From Candidatus Aminicenantes bacterium (lineage in GTDB: Bacteria > Acidobacteriota > Aminicenantia > Aminicenantales > JAFGBC01): a stretch of 64,000 bases of DNA. This document shows, piece after piece, positions 1-9,437 of this stretch. The notes beneath the pieces were generated by a model. That model was not told the origin of the DNA. It worked only from the letters and a program-made list of their open reading frames with translations, and made no database searches. A program made the translations under genes and the position numbers. Each line of letters begins with the position of its first letter. Position 1 is the stretch's first letter. The stretch spans positions 2,624,001-2,688,000 of the forward strand of contig OY969696.1 of assembly GCA_963702005.1 (NCBI GenBank), in the 5' to 3' direction.

Positions 1-1760
1 GCGGCGGTCTCGTCCCGCTCCGACAGAGCCGCGAGAATCGCCTTGGTGATCGGCACCGGGAGCTTGAGCCCGGCTTTCTTTGCCGCCGCCTCGAGGATAT
101 CGAGAAATTCTTCCCTGTCTTTGAAAAGCTCGTTCGGGAGCGCCCGCAGGAGACTTCTGATTTCCTCTTGAAACTCCCGCCCTTCAGCCTGCTCCTTCGC
201 GGCGGCCTGGCCTTTTTTCTTGGACTGGGCCAGATTCTGGAAAGCCCGCTCGTCCTCAAGCCGCGCGATACGCTCCGGGCTCGCCTGGAAATTGAGGCGA
301 AGGGGCCGCTCGACCGTGACTTTGCGGAAACCGAAATGCTTGGTCGGGTAGATCTTGACGAACTCGCCCTCCTCGAAGGCGCCGAGAAGCCGGAGGATTT
401 CCTTGGCCTTTTCCGGAGGAATCTCGCGTCGCTTATCGCCGAGGCTTTTCCGCATCGGCACCCAGAAGGAAGTTGCGTCGATGAGCTGGACATTACCCTT
501 GCGCTTCGGGGCTTTACGATTGGTGAGGACCCAGATATAGGTGGCGATTCCGGTATTATAGAAGAGCTGTTCCGGAACCGCGATCAGCGCCTCGAGCCAG
601 TCTTTCTCGAGGACGAAGCGACGGATCTCGCTCTCGCCGCTTCCGGCGTCGCCCGTAAATAGCGGCGAGCCGTTCATGATGATGGCGACGCGCGAGCCGC
701 CCTCCTTGGGTTCTTTCATATGGGCGATCATATGGAGGAGGAAGAGCAGCTGGCCGTCGCTGATGCGGGGCAGACCCGGGCCGAAGCGTCCCGCCGGCCC
801 GCGTTCGTGCTCGGCGGTGACGGCTTCCTCGTCACGCTTCCAGTCCTTGCCGTAGGGAGGATTGGCGATCAGGTAATCGAACGAGCGGCCGGAATGGCGG
901 TCGTTCGAGAGCGTGCTGCCGAAGACGATATTTTCAGCGTCCAGGCCGTCGGCCGACTTCATAAATAGGTCGGATTTGCAGACGGCGAATGTTTCAGGAT
1001 TGACCTCTTGGCCGAAGAGGTGGACGCCGGCCTCGGGATTGAGCGGCTCGCGGATAACGGCGCCGTTTTTGCGTCGGCCGACGAGGATATGGTCTTTCGT
1101 GGTTGTCAGCATGCCGCCAGAGCCTGAGCAGGGGTCGTAGACCGAGACGACGGCGCCCTTGCGGCGGATGCGGACTTCGTCGCCGGATAGGAGCAGGTCG
1201 GCCATGAGATGGACGACATCGCGCGGGGTGAAGTGCTCGCCCGGGTTTTCGTTCAAGGCTTCGTTGAACTTGCGGATGAGCTCCTCGAAAATCGTGCCCA
1301 TGGTGGGGTTGTCGACTTTATCGGGATGGAGGTCGACGTTTTTGAAGCGCTCGAGCACCTGGAAGAGGAGGCCGGCTTCATCGAGTTTGGCGATTGTGTT
1401 GTCGAAGTCGAATTTCTCGAGGACCTCGCGCATGTTCAGGCTGAAGCCGGCGATGTAGTTGCGCAGGTTGGCGGCCAGATGGGGCGCGTCGGCCAGGAGC
1501 TTCTCGATATCGTAACGGGAGGTGGCGTAGAAGGCGAAGCCGGCGGCTTTTCTAAGCTGGGGATCGAGGTTTTCGAGCTTCGTGCCCTTGAGTTTGGCCT
1601 GGGTTTCGAGGACGCGCGGCTTGGTCGGGGCAAGGACGCCGTCCAGGCGGCGGAGGACGGTGAGCGGCAGGATGACATCCTGGTACTTGCCGCGTTTGAA
1701 CGTGTCGCGGATAAGGTCGGCGACTCCCCAGATGAAGCTGACGATTTCGCTATGGTTCAC
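1..1760 (-). CDS. hsdM: Type I restriction-modification system M subunit (N6-adenine methyltransferase), 3' end outside window
   Basis: Read manually on the minus strand (absent from the ORF track because it is truncated). GTG start after a GGAGA RBS; N-terminus NHSEIVSFIWGVADLIRDTFKRGKYQDVILP; motifs GEHFTPR, YDPCSGSGGML and catalytic LIANPPYG. Confidence 0.92.
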   Translation of the reverse strand, partial: MNHSEIVSFIWGVADLIRDTFKRGKYQDVILPLTVLRRLDGVLAPTKPRVLETQAKLKGTKLENLDPQLRKAAGFAFYATSRYDIEKLLADAPHLAANLRNYIAGFSLNMREVLEKFDFDNTIAKLDEAGLLFQVLERFKNVDLHPDKVDNPTMGTIFEELIRKFNEALNENPGEHFTPRDVVHLMADLLLSGDEVRIRRKGAVVSVYDPCSGSGGMLTTTKDHILVGRRKNGAVIREPLNPEAGVHLFGQEVNPETFAVCKSDLFMKSADGLDAENIVFGSTLSNDRHSGRSFDYLIANPPYGKDWKRDEEAVTAEHERGPAGRFGPGLPRISDGQLLFLLHMIAHMKEPKEGGSRVAIIMNGSPLFTGDAGSGESEIRRFVLEKDWLEALIAVPEQLFYNTGIATYIWVLTNRKAPKRKGNVQLIDATSFWVPMRKSLGDKRREIPPEKAKEILRLLGAFEEGEFVKIYPTKHFGFRKVTVERPLRLNFQASPERIARLEDERAFQNLAQSKKKGQAAAKEQAEGREFQEEIRSLLRALPNELFKDREEFLDILEAAAKKAGLKLPVPITKAILAALSERDETA

Positions 1761-1810
1761 AGGGCTGTCTCCAAAAAGCGCTTCCCCATGGATGAACGGG
1801 TTCAAGATAG

Positions 1811-1840
1811 AGGATAGCCCCGCTCCGGCCGGGATGTCAA
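1811..1840 (-). promoter_or_regulatory. Putative sigma70 promoter of hsdM
   Basis: TTGACA-18 nt-TATCCT on the minus strand. Confidence 0.55.
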
Positions 1841-2000
1841 TAAAGGTTCGAGCGGGAAAGAGAATTTAGGGCCGGTGCTTTTGGGCGTTGCGCCAGAAGG
1901 CATAGGCCGGGATGCCGGCCGGCCAGGATGAGGCAGTCGAGCAAAGACTGGACGGGCTGCGCCCAGGCGGTTCAAGGCTTAACTCGCCGGGAAGGCGGGA

Positions 2001-2990
2001 TCAGGATTTCTTCTTGAGGACTTCAAGGACCTCCTGGATGAGCTGTTTGGAGCCCTGGTAGAGGGCCGTTCGCTGATGGGGTTTTTCGGGGACGATATCC
2101 AGGATGTTCCGTCCGTTTTCGTCGATGGCCAGCCCGCCCGCTTCGCAGCACATGAAGGCGGTGACGGCCGCCTCGTACATGAGCCGGAGCTTGCCCTGGG
2201 GCTTGTTCTTCTTCGGGTCGGGATGGTTGACGATGGCCGGATACATGAAGATTCCGCCGTTGGTCAAGATTCTGTGGAAATCGCCGGCCAGGGCGCCCAG
2301 GTAACGGAAGGCGTACTTCTTCTCGTTCAGGGCCAACCAGCCCTGGAGGCCGGTCGCGTAGGTCTCCCGGTTGGCCGAGTTGTAGGAGATCTCCCAGCTC
2401 TTCCTGTCCTCGGGCAGCGTCATCTGGGTCGGTTTGACGTAGTTCATGACCTCGTCGATGTGAAACCGCCAGCAGCCGGCTTGGCGGAGGGCGATCGTGA
2501 AGGTTCCGGTCGGGATGACGAACATGCCGGCCGCGATGTACTCCCTGCCCGAGCGCAGGTGAAGGTCCTCGGGGCCCTCCAGGTTCCGCTTGGCTACCCC
2601 GAACAGGAAACCGATCGGCAGGTTGTGGGGGACGTTCGAGGAGCCGTCCATGGGGTCGTAGTAGACGAAGTAGCGGCCGCCGTCGATGTTCATCAGGACC
2701 GGCTCCTCTTCCTCTTCGCTGACGATCTGGATGACCCGGCCCGAACGGCTCAAGTAATGTTTGACGACCTCGTTGGCGATCTCGTCCATCTTGAGGACGT
2801 TCTCGCCCTGGACATTGATGGAGCCGGCCAATCCCAGGTTTCCGCGCAAGGCCCCGGTCAGGTAATAATACTGGATGCGCTTGGCGGCGTTGAGGATGGA
2901 GTTCATCAGGATCAAGAAATGATAGGTCCGGTTGTGGCGCTCCTGATGTTCGAGAAGAAAATCCATGAAAGTCTGTTCGAAGTTCAGCAT
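2001..2990 (-). CDS. fbp: Fructose-1,6-bisphosphatase class I
   Basis: SEE, DPMDGSSN, RYLGALAGDFHR and GKLRLMYE motifs; start placed at MLNFEQ after GGAGG. Confidence 0.92.
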   Translation of the reverse strand: MLNFEQTFMDFLLEHQERHNRTYHFLILMNSILNAAKRIQYYYLTGALRGNLGLAGSINVQGENVLKMDEIANEVVKHYLSRSGRVIQIVSEEEEEPVLMNIDGGRYFVYYDPMDGSSNVPHNLPIGFLFGVAKRNLEGPEDLHLRSGREYIAAGMFVIPTGTFTIALRQAGCWRFHIDEVMNYVKPTQMTLPEDRKSWEISYNSANRETYATGLQGWLALNEKKYAFRYLGALAGDFHRILTNGGIFMYPAIVNHPDPKKNKPQGKLRLMYEAAVTAFMCCEAGGLAIDENGRNILDIVPEKPHQRTALYQGSKQLIQEVLEVLKKKS

Positions 2991-3097
2991 GGAACCTCCC
3001 CGAGCCAACGACGGCGATTCATAAAAAATCCATATCACAAGCGCCGCTTAAAGGTCAAGAGATCGAGGCCGGCTGCTTGCGGTGGCTGACGATATCC

Positions 3098-4129
3098 TCA
3101 GCGTGGTTTGGAGGGGACGACGGGCCTTGACGCGAAATGATCGAAGCCCCGCTGGGAGAGCGTTTTATCGCGGCCTTGGAGCCGGTAGGCGAAGCCCCGT
3201 TTCCGGGCGGCGATCCGGCCGATCGGGAACAAAGGCCGTCCGAACTTCCGGCCGAAACGGATGGCGATGGAAGGGAATTCCTTAGGGGCGATCGTCGTCA
3301 GGAGACAATAGTCCTCGCCGCCGGCCGCGGCGAATTCGAGCGGATCCCAACCCTGCCGACGGCAGACGACGACGAAGGAGGGGGAGAGGGGCAGACGCTC
3401 AAGCTCGATAACGGCTCCGCATCCCGACGCCTCCATGATCCTCCTGATATCCGAGTCGATTCCGTCCGAGACATCGATCAGGGCGTGGACGGCGGCCTGC
3501 CGGCCGAGCCAAAGTCCTTCCTCGAGATGGGCGCGGGGACGAACATGGGCGGCGACAAGCTTCTTCTCGTCCCGGCCGGCGCCGATCTCTCCGATGAGGA
3601 CGCGCAGCCCGGCCGCCGAATCGCCCAGGGTCCCGGTGACGGCGATGATGTCGCCGGGGCGGGCTCCCGAGCGCAGCTTGATCCGTGAGGGGCGGCCGAA
3701 GCCCAGGACGGCGACATTGATGATAATGTCTCCCTCGGACCGGGTCGTATCCCCGCCCAGGAGTTCGACCTTCATCTCCCCGGCGAGACGCCGCAGCCCT
3801 CGGAAGAACCCGTCCACCCAGGCGACGTCGATATCGGGCGGAAGCCCCATTGATAGGAAGGCGCTCCTCGGCGTCCCGGCCATGGCCGCGACGTCGCTCA
3901 AGTTCACGGCGAGCGCTTTCGTGCCGAGGTCCTGGGGCGAAATCTTGGACCTGAGGAAGTGGACGCCCTCGACAAGGAGGTCGGTCGTCACGAGGAGGAC
4001 CGCCTCTTTCTTCCAAGGAATGACGGCGCAGTCGTCCCCGATCCCGACCGTGCCGCGGCCGAGTCCTTTGACAAAGGGAGGGGAGAAGCGTCCGATCAGC
4101 CCGAACTCGCCCAGCGCCGTAACTTTCAT
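3098..4129 (-). CDS. thiL: Thiamine-monophosphate kinase
   Basis: GEFGLI, GIGDDCA, NLSDVAAM, GGDT, DVSDG and GGEDY motifs. Confidence 0.95.
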   Translation of the reverse strand: MKVTALGEFGLIGRFSPPFVKGLGRGTVGIGDDCAVIPWKKEAVLLVTTDLLVEGVHFLRSKISPQDLGTKALAVNLSDVAAMAGTPRSAFLSMGLPPDIDVAWVDGFFRGLRRLAGEMKVELLGGDTTRSEGDIIINVAVLGFGRPSRIKLRSGARPGDIIAVTGTLGDSAAGLRVLIGEIGAGRDEKKLVAAHVRPRAHLEEGLWLGRQAAVHALIDVSDGIDSDIRRIMEASGCGAVIELERLPLSPSFVVVCRRQGWDPLEFAAAGGEDYCLLTTIAPKEFPSIAIRFGRKFGRPLFPIGRIAARKRGFAYRLQGRDKTLSQRGFDHFASRPVVPSKPR

Positions 4130-4130
4130 G

Positions 4131-4781
4131 TCAGTGTCTCCCTCCGGCCCGCGCGCCGTCCACGGCCTCGCGAAGGTCCCGGGCGGCCCGCTCGGGGTCC
4201 GCGGCCGCGCAAATGGCCGAGACGACGGCGATCCCGTCCGCCCCGGCTTCGATGACGGCGCCGGCGTTTTCGGCCTTGATCCCGCCGATGGCGACCAGCG
4301 CGCGGCGGGTCCGGCGGCGCAGCTCTCTCAATCCCCGCAAGCCCCATTCACCCCTCGCATCGGTTTTGGTGGGCGTCGCGAAGACGGGGCTGATTCCCAG
4401 ATAATCGACGTCGCGCATCTCGGCTTCGAGCGCCTGGTCCAAGGTCTCGACCGAGAGGCCGATAACTGCATCCGGACCCAACAGGCGTCTGGCATCTTGG
4501 GGAGAAAGGTCATCCTGCCCGATGTGGATCCCATCCGCATCCAGAAGAAGCGCCAGGTCGGCGCGGTCGTTGACGATGAAAAGGACGCGCAGAGAGCGAC
4601 AGGCGTCCCTGACGCTCTTTCCGATTTCGAGAAATTCCCGGGTCGAACAATCCTTTTCACGGAGCTGGACGGCTGTGGCTCCGCCCCGCACCGCGGCCCG
4701 AACTAAGTCCTCGAGGGTGCGGCCGGCCGCAAGCATCCGGTCGGTCACCAGGACCAGGCTCAGGTCGGGAGAACGTCTCAT
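4131..4781 (-). CDS. thiE: Thiamine-phosphate synthase
   Basis: QLREK, IVNDR, HIGQDD, TPTK and AIGGI motifs. Confidence 0.95.
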   Translation of the reverse strand: MRRSPDLSLVLVTDRMLAAGRTLEDLVRAAVRGGATAVQLREKDCSTREFLEIGKSVRDACRSLRVLFIVNDRADLALLLDADGIHIGQDDLSPQDARRLLGPDAVIGLSVETLDQALEAEMRDVDYLGISPVFATPTKTDARGEWGLRGLRELRRRTRRALVAIGGIKAENAGAVIEAGADGIAVVSAICAAADPERAARDLREAVDGARAGGRH

Positions 4782-5581
4782 CTCCTCTCCAGCTTAAGGA
4801 GCCTTCCGATATCCTTTTCGTCCATGCGGTAGAGGGCGTCTAAGAAACAGGTTTCGAAGCTGGCCGGTCCCCGGGCCTCGGCGCCGGCCAGTTCCCCCGC
4901 GATTCCCATGACGGCCATCGCGTGGGCGGCGGCCTCGAGCCGGGAAGGATTGACGGCGGCGAAGGCGCCGGTCAAGGCCGAGGCGACGCAGCCGAGTCCG
5001 GTTACGCGGGGCATGAGCGGATGACCGTTCGCGATCCGGATGAGTCCGCTGCCGTCAAGGACGATATCGACCGGTCCGCTGACGGAGACGGCCCCGCCCG
5101 TCCGCCGCGCCAGCGTCCGAGCCGCATCGAGCGCGTCGTCGGCGGTATGGCGGGTGTCGACCCCTTTCGTCCCTTTTTCGGACAGGGCGAGGGCCCGGAT
5201 TTCGGAGGCGTTGCCGCGAACGACGGCCGGGGAAAATTGGGCGATGAGGCGCAGAGCCGTGTCGGTGCGGAATTTGGTGGCACCGGCCCCGACCGGGTCG
5301 AGGACGATCGGGATGCCTCTCCGGACGGCCGCCGCCGCGGCCTTCTCCATGGCTTCGATCCAAGGACGGCTCAGGGTGCCGATATTGAGAACCAGGGCGT
5401 CGGCGATCCCCGCCATGTCCTCGACCTCATCCACGGCATGGGCCATGACGGGGGATGCGCCCAGGGCCAACAGAGCGTTGGCGGTGAGATTCATGACGAC
5501 GTAGTTCGTGATGTTATGGACGAGGGGGGATCGGCCCCGGATCGCCTCCACGTCTTTCCAGACGTCGCGTGTTGCAGTCAT
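4778..5581 (-). CDS. thiM: Hydroxyethylthiazole kinase
   Basis: HNITNYV, ANALLALGASPVM, LDPVG, RGNASEI and TGLGC motifs. Confidence 0.95.
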   Translation of the reverse strand: MTATRDVWKDVEAIRGRSPLVHNITNYVVMNLTANALLALGASPVMAHAVDEVEDMAGIADALVLNIGTLSRPWIEAMEKAAAAAVRRGIPIVLDPVGAGATKFRTDTALRLIAQFSPAVVRGNASEIRALALSEKGTKGVDTRHTADDALDAARTLARRTGGAVSVSGPVDIVLDGSGLIRIANGHPLMPRVTGLGCVASALTGAFAAVNPSRLEAAAHAMAVMGIAGELAGAEARGPASFETCFLDALYRMDEKDIGRLLKLERR

Positions 5582-5600
5582 AATATCACCTTCCTCTTGT

Positions 5601-5630
5601 ATTCTAACAAATCCGCCACTCCCGATTCAA
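5601..5630 (-). promoter_or_regulatory. Putative sigma70 promoter of thiM-thiE-thiL
   Basis: TTGAAT-18 nt-TAGAAT with an extended -10 TG; very short leader. Confidence 0.55.
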
Positions 5631-5755
5631 AGAACCCTCCAAGAGATCGAGCGTGCCCTCGAATGGCCTGGTCCAAGCCGCCTTGGCCGATGTTCCTGTT
5701 GCGTCCCGTATCGAAACTATGGCATATATTCGACTGGAGGGAAAGGAGACCGTCC

Positions 5756-6781
5756 ATGAAAGTCGCCGTCTTCGGGGAAGTCCTGCTCCGTCTCTCTCCG
5801 CCCGGCAAGGAGAAGCTCTTCCAGAGCCCCGCCTTCCGGGCGACCTTCGGCGGCTCGGAGGCGAACGTCGCCGTCTCCCTGACGATCTGGGGTCATCATT
5901 CACGTATCGTTACGGTTCTGCCTCCCGACGCGATCGGAGAAGCGGCCCTCCGCGAACTCACAAAATGGGGACTCGACACGGCCTTCGTGCGTCGCGCCGG
6001 AGATCGGCTCGGTCTCTATTTTGCCGAGACCGGATCGGGACCGAGGCCGTCCTTGGTCATATACGACCGCGACCGTTCCGGCCTGGCCGAAGCCAAGCCC
6101 GGGGATTTCGATTGGGATAAAGCCCTGGCCGGCCGCGACTGGTTTCACGTATCCGGGATCACGCCCGCGTTGAGCGCATCGGCGGCCGCCCTGACCAGCG
6201 AAGCCGTCGGCGCCGCTCGCGCTCTGGGGCTGACCGTTTCCGTGGACCTCAATTATCGCGCCAAGCTGTGGAGATACGGCCGGAGCGCCGCGGAGGTCAT
6301 GAAGGACATCGTCGGCCGGGCCGATCTTCTCTGCGCCAACGAGGAGGACTGTCAAAAGGGGCTGGGCATCGCCGCTCCGGTCGACCTGAAATCGGGCCCT
6401 CTGGATCCCGGACTCTATGAAAAACTGACCCTGCGCGTAATGGAAGCGTTCCCGTCACTCTCCCGGGTCGCGGTCACCTTGAGGGAGAACCGAGGGGCCG
6501 ACGAGAACGTCTGGTCGGCCGTCCTGCGCAGCCGGACCGGCTTCTTGACGGGTCCGCGCTATACCCTCAGCCCGATCGTGGACCGGATCGGCGCCGGGGA
6601 TGCCTTCGCGGCCGGGCTCATCCACGGTCTTGCGGGTCCGGCCGGCGATCAGGGCGCTCTCGACTTCGCTGTCGCGGCTTCGGCCTTGAAGCACACGATT
6701 GCCGGTGATTTCAACCTGGCCGCGGAGCAGGATGTCAGAGATCTCCTCGCCGGCGACCGTTCGGGGCGCATCCGGCGATGA
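5756..6781 (+). CDS. kdgK: 2-dehydro-3-deoxygluconate kinase (PfkB family)
   Basis: Start MKVAVFGEVLLRL after an AAGGAG RBS; GGSEANVA, DLNYR and DRIGAGDAF motifs; adjacent to eda. Confidence 0.88.
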   Translation: MKVAVFGEVLLRLSPPGKEKLFQSPAFRATFGGSEANVAVSLTIWGHHSRIVTVLPPDAIGEAALRELTKWGLDTAFVRRAGDRLGLYFAETGSGPRPSLVIYDRDRSGLAEAKPGDFDWDKALAGRDWFHVSGITPALSASAAALTSEAVGAARALGLTVSVDLNYRAKLWRYGRSAAEVMKDIVGRADLLCANEEDCQKGLGIAAPVDLKSGPLDPGLYEKLTLRVMEAFPSLSRVAVTLRENRGADENVWSAVLRSRTGFLTGPRYTLSPIVDRIGAGDAFAAGLIHGLAGPAGDQGALDFAVAASALKHTIAGDFNLAAEQDVRDLLAGDRSGRIRR

Positions 6782-6806
6782 CGGCGGGGAGGGAAAGGAA
6801 ACGGGC

Positions 6807-7442
6807 ATGACGCGAGCCGAAGTCGCGAGGGTCCTATTCGAAGACAAGGTCATCGCCGTCGTCCGCATGGACGATGCCGCCGCGCTCCGCCGCGCCGTCG
6901 AGGCCGTCCGGGAAGGCGGCGTCCGCTGCGTCGAGATCACGATGACGGTTCCCGGCGCCCTCGACATCATCCGCGCTCTCTCCCGGGACGAATCCCTGGA
7001 CATTCTGGTTGGAGCGGGAACGGTCCTGGGCGCCTCGTCGGCCGAGGCCGTCATCGCGGCCGGAGCCCGGTTCGTTGTTTCGCCGGTTCTGGATGAGGAC
7101 GTGGTCCGTTATTGCAGGAACAGGGACGCATTCGTCGTCCCGGGCGCCTTCTCTCCGACCGAGATCGTTCGCGCCCGGGCGATCGGCGCGGACATCGTCA
7201 AGATCTTTCCGGCCGCTTCCCTCGGGCCGGGCTTTTTCAAGGATATCCAAGGACCGCTGCCGGAAATCCCGCTGATGGCGACCGGCGGGATTACGATCGA
7301 GAACGCCAGGTCTTTTATCGATCAGGGCGCGCGCTGCGTCGGGATCGGGACCGCGCTCCTGGATAAAAGGGCCATCGCCGAGCGGCGCTGGGCCGACCTG
7401 ACTCAGAGAGCCCGGGCTCTGGTTTCGTCATTGAAAAAATAG
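6807..7442 (+). CDS. eda: KDPG/KHG aldolase
   Basis: IAVVR, EIT, GAGTV, FVVSP, PTEI, KIFPA and TGG motifs. Confidence 0.92.
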   Translation: MTRAEVARVLFEDKVIAVVRMDDAAALRRAVEAVREGGVRCVEITMTVPGALDIIRALSRDESLDILVGAGTVLGASSAEAVIAAGARFVVSPVLDEDVVRYCRNRDAFVVPGAFSPTEIVRARAIGADIVKIFPAASLGPGFFKDIQGPLPEIPLMATGGITIENARSFIDQGARCVGIGTALLDKRAIAERRWADLTQRARALVSSLKK

Positions 7443-7455
7443 TTTTTCGAAGGCC

Positions 7456-7483
7456 TTGATTTTAATAAATTGTGATGTATAAT
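7456..7483 (+). promoter_or_regulatory. Strong sigma70-type promoter in an AT-rich intergenic region
   Basis: TTGATT-16 nt-TATAAT. Confidence 0.6.
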
Positions 7484-7489
7484 ATATCC

Positions 7490-7590
7490 AATAGCTTTGC
7501 TTCGCTGGCTGTGCAAGGCAAAGAAGACCCTCCTTCATTTCCCCTAAAACTTAATTTCCCCAAACCCCAATAAAACAGCCAGCCCTTTTC
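7490..7590 (+). ncRNA. Candidate small RNA (or structured leader) with C-rich single-stranded region
   Basis: Downstream of a strong promoter; GCTGGCTGT (7504-7512) pairs with ACAGCCAGC (7575-7583), followed by CCTTTTC; the loop contains CCTCCTT. No known family recognised. Confidence 0.3.
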
Positions 7591-7669
7591 TGTTAGGAAC
7601 ATTCGACTCTTTACCGGATGCCGCGTTTTCGATACACTTCTTCCTTCGTCCCGCGGATCGGGATCGGTC

Positions 7670-8863
7670 ATGATGAATCAGGACGAACGCGCGATATTCT
7701 GGACCCGAGAATTTATCGTGGCCCTTTTCGGTTACTTCTTCATTTATATGAGCGTGACGCTCTTCCTTCTCTTCCCGCTCTTCCTCCGCCAGTTCCAGCC
7801 CGCCAAGAGTCGGATCGGTCTCATCATGGGCATCCACAGCCTGGTGGCCGTCGTCGTCCGTCCTTTGATCGGCCGATTGAGCGACCTCAAGGGGCGAAGG
7901 ATCATCGCCTTGTCGGGAATCGGCTTGATAGCCATCGTCGTCCCTTTCTTCCATCTCGTCCACGGCGCGGGCTGGTTCCCTCTCATCCTCAGGGCCTTGG
8001 GCGGGCTCGGCTGGGGGATCGGGATGACGGCCACGATCACGCTCGCCTCGGACCTCGCTCCCCGGGATCGGATAGCGCGTTCGATGGGCGTCATCGGGGT
8101 CGCCGGCCTGGTCGCCAACGCCCTCGGTCCCGTCGCGGGCGAAGAGATCCTTCGGCGATTCGGGTTCGGAGGCCTATTCAACGCTAGCCTCGTACTGGCC
8201 ATGGCGGCCATGGCCTGCGTCGGCGTCCTCAAAGATCCGGCCCGGCCGACCGGACCGGCCCGCGCGTCGTCCGCGGCCGCTTCCTTGCGAAGCCGGGGCA
8301 TCGCCGTGCTCCTCGTCATGGCGTCCATGCCCATCATCCACGGCGCCACCAAGGGAGCCATTGACAATTTCATAGCCCTGTTCGGCCGGACGATCGGGTT
8401 CAATCATGTCGGTCCCTTCTTCCTTGCCTTTTCCTGCGCGGCCATCCTGACCCGGGCCGGGCTGGGAGATCTTTCAGACCGGATCGGCCGCAAAAAAGTC
8501 ATCTTCCCTTCCGCCTGCATCGTCAGCCTCAACCTCCTTCTCATCTCCCAGGTCCACGGCTTCCCGCTCTACGTCGCGGCCGGCTTCATCGGGGGATTCG
8601 GCCAGGGCCTCATCTTTCCGGCCCTGAGCACGTACGTCATCGACGTCTTGGGCGCCCCCCAAAAAGGCCTGGCGATCAGCATCTACTTGACGCTTTTCGA
8701 CGTCGGGAATGGGCTGGGCGCGCCGCTGTTCGGCGCCGTATCGGACGTCTCGGGCTACCGGACGATGTACCTGGTCGCCGGAGCCCTGATGATGGCCGTT
8801 AACTTTCTATTTACGCTCAAGGCCCCGGCTTCCGAAACTTTCCGAAAGGAGATATCCCCATGA
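7670..8863 (+). CDS. MFS transporter
   Basis: About 12 hydrophobic segments; MFS motif A twice (GRLSDLKGRR, GDLSDRIGRK). Confidence 0.9.
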   Translation: MMNQDERAIFWTREFIVALFGYFFIYMSVTLFLLFPLFLRQFQPAKSRIGLIMGIHSLVAVVVRPLIGRLSDLKGRRIIALSGIGLIAIVVPFFHLVHGAGWFPLILRALGGLGWGIGMTATITLASDLAPRDRIARSMGVIGVAGLVANALGPVAGEEILRRFGFGGLFNASLVLAMAAMACVGVLKDPARPTGPARASSAAASLRSRGIAVLLVMASMPIIHGATKGAIDNFIALFGRTIGFNHVGPFFLAFSCAAILTRAGLGDLSDRIGRKKVIFPSACIVSLNLLLISQVHGFPLYVAAGFIGGFGQGLIFPALSTYVIDVLGAPQKGLAISIYLTLFDVGNGLGAPLFGAVSDVSGYRTMYLVAGALMMAVNFLFTLKAPASETFRKEISP

Positions 8864-9435
8864 CTCTCAGCGATGTCATTCTCGCGCGTCGGACGATCCG
8901 GCAGTTCAAGCCGGACCCGATAGCGAGGGAAGTCCTGGTCAAGTTGGTCGATGCGGGCCGGTTGGCGCCGTCGGCGGCCAACCTCCAGCCCCTCGAGTAT
9001 ATCGTCGTCGACGACCGGGAGAAGTGCGGCCGGGTTTTCCCCTGCCTCAAGTGGGCGGCATATATCGCGCCCAAGGGCAATCCGCTTCCGGGGCAGGAGC
9101 CCGCGGCCTGCATCGTCGTCCTCGTCAACACGGCGGTCCGGGACAAGATGTTCGAGTACGACGTCGGAGCCGCCGTCGAGAACATGATTGTGGCCGCCTT
9201 GGCCGAGGGCGTCGGGAGCTGTTGGCTCATCTCGGTCGATCGCGAGAAGGCCGCCGAAGTCCTGGGCGTCCCGCCCGGCTATAGGATCGACTCGGTCCTG
9301 GCCCTCGGCCGCCCGGCCGAGACTCCGGTCGTCGAGGAGCTCATGGATTCGGCCAAGTACTGGAAGGACGATGAGGGTCGCCTCCACGTCCCCAAGCGGA
9401 CCCTGGCCCGCGTTCTTCACATTAACGGGTTCTGA
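8860..9435 (+). CDS. Nitroreductase family protein
   Basis: RRTIRQF, APSAANLQP, DVGAAVENM and GVGSCW motifs. Confidence 0.9.
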   Translation: MTLSDVILARRTIRQFKPDPIAREVLVKLVDAGRLAPSAANLQPLEYIVVDDREKCGRVFPCLKWAAYIAPKGNPLPGQEPAACIVVLVNTAVRDKMFEYDVGAAVENMIVAALAEGVGSCWLISVDREKAAEVLGVPPGYRIDSVLALGRPAETPVVEELMDSAKYWKDDEGRLHVPKRTLARVLHINGF

Positions 9436-9437
9436 GG

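Noticed and set aside
168-1817. Plus-strand ORFs of 164, 82 and 202 aa
   Set aside because: Antisense shadows of hsdM, which has clear motifs on the minus strand.
5582-5755. TPP riboswitch upstream of thiM-thiE-thiL
   Set aside because: No CTGAGA/ACCTG core, and the predicted promoter leaves only a ~14-nt leader.
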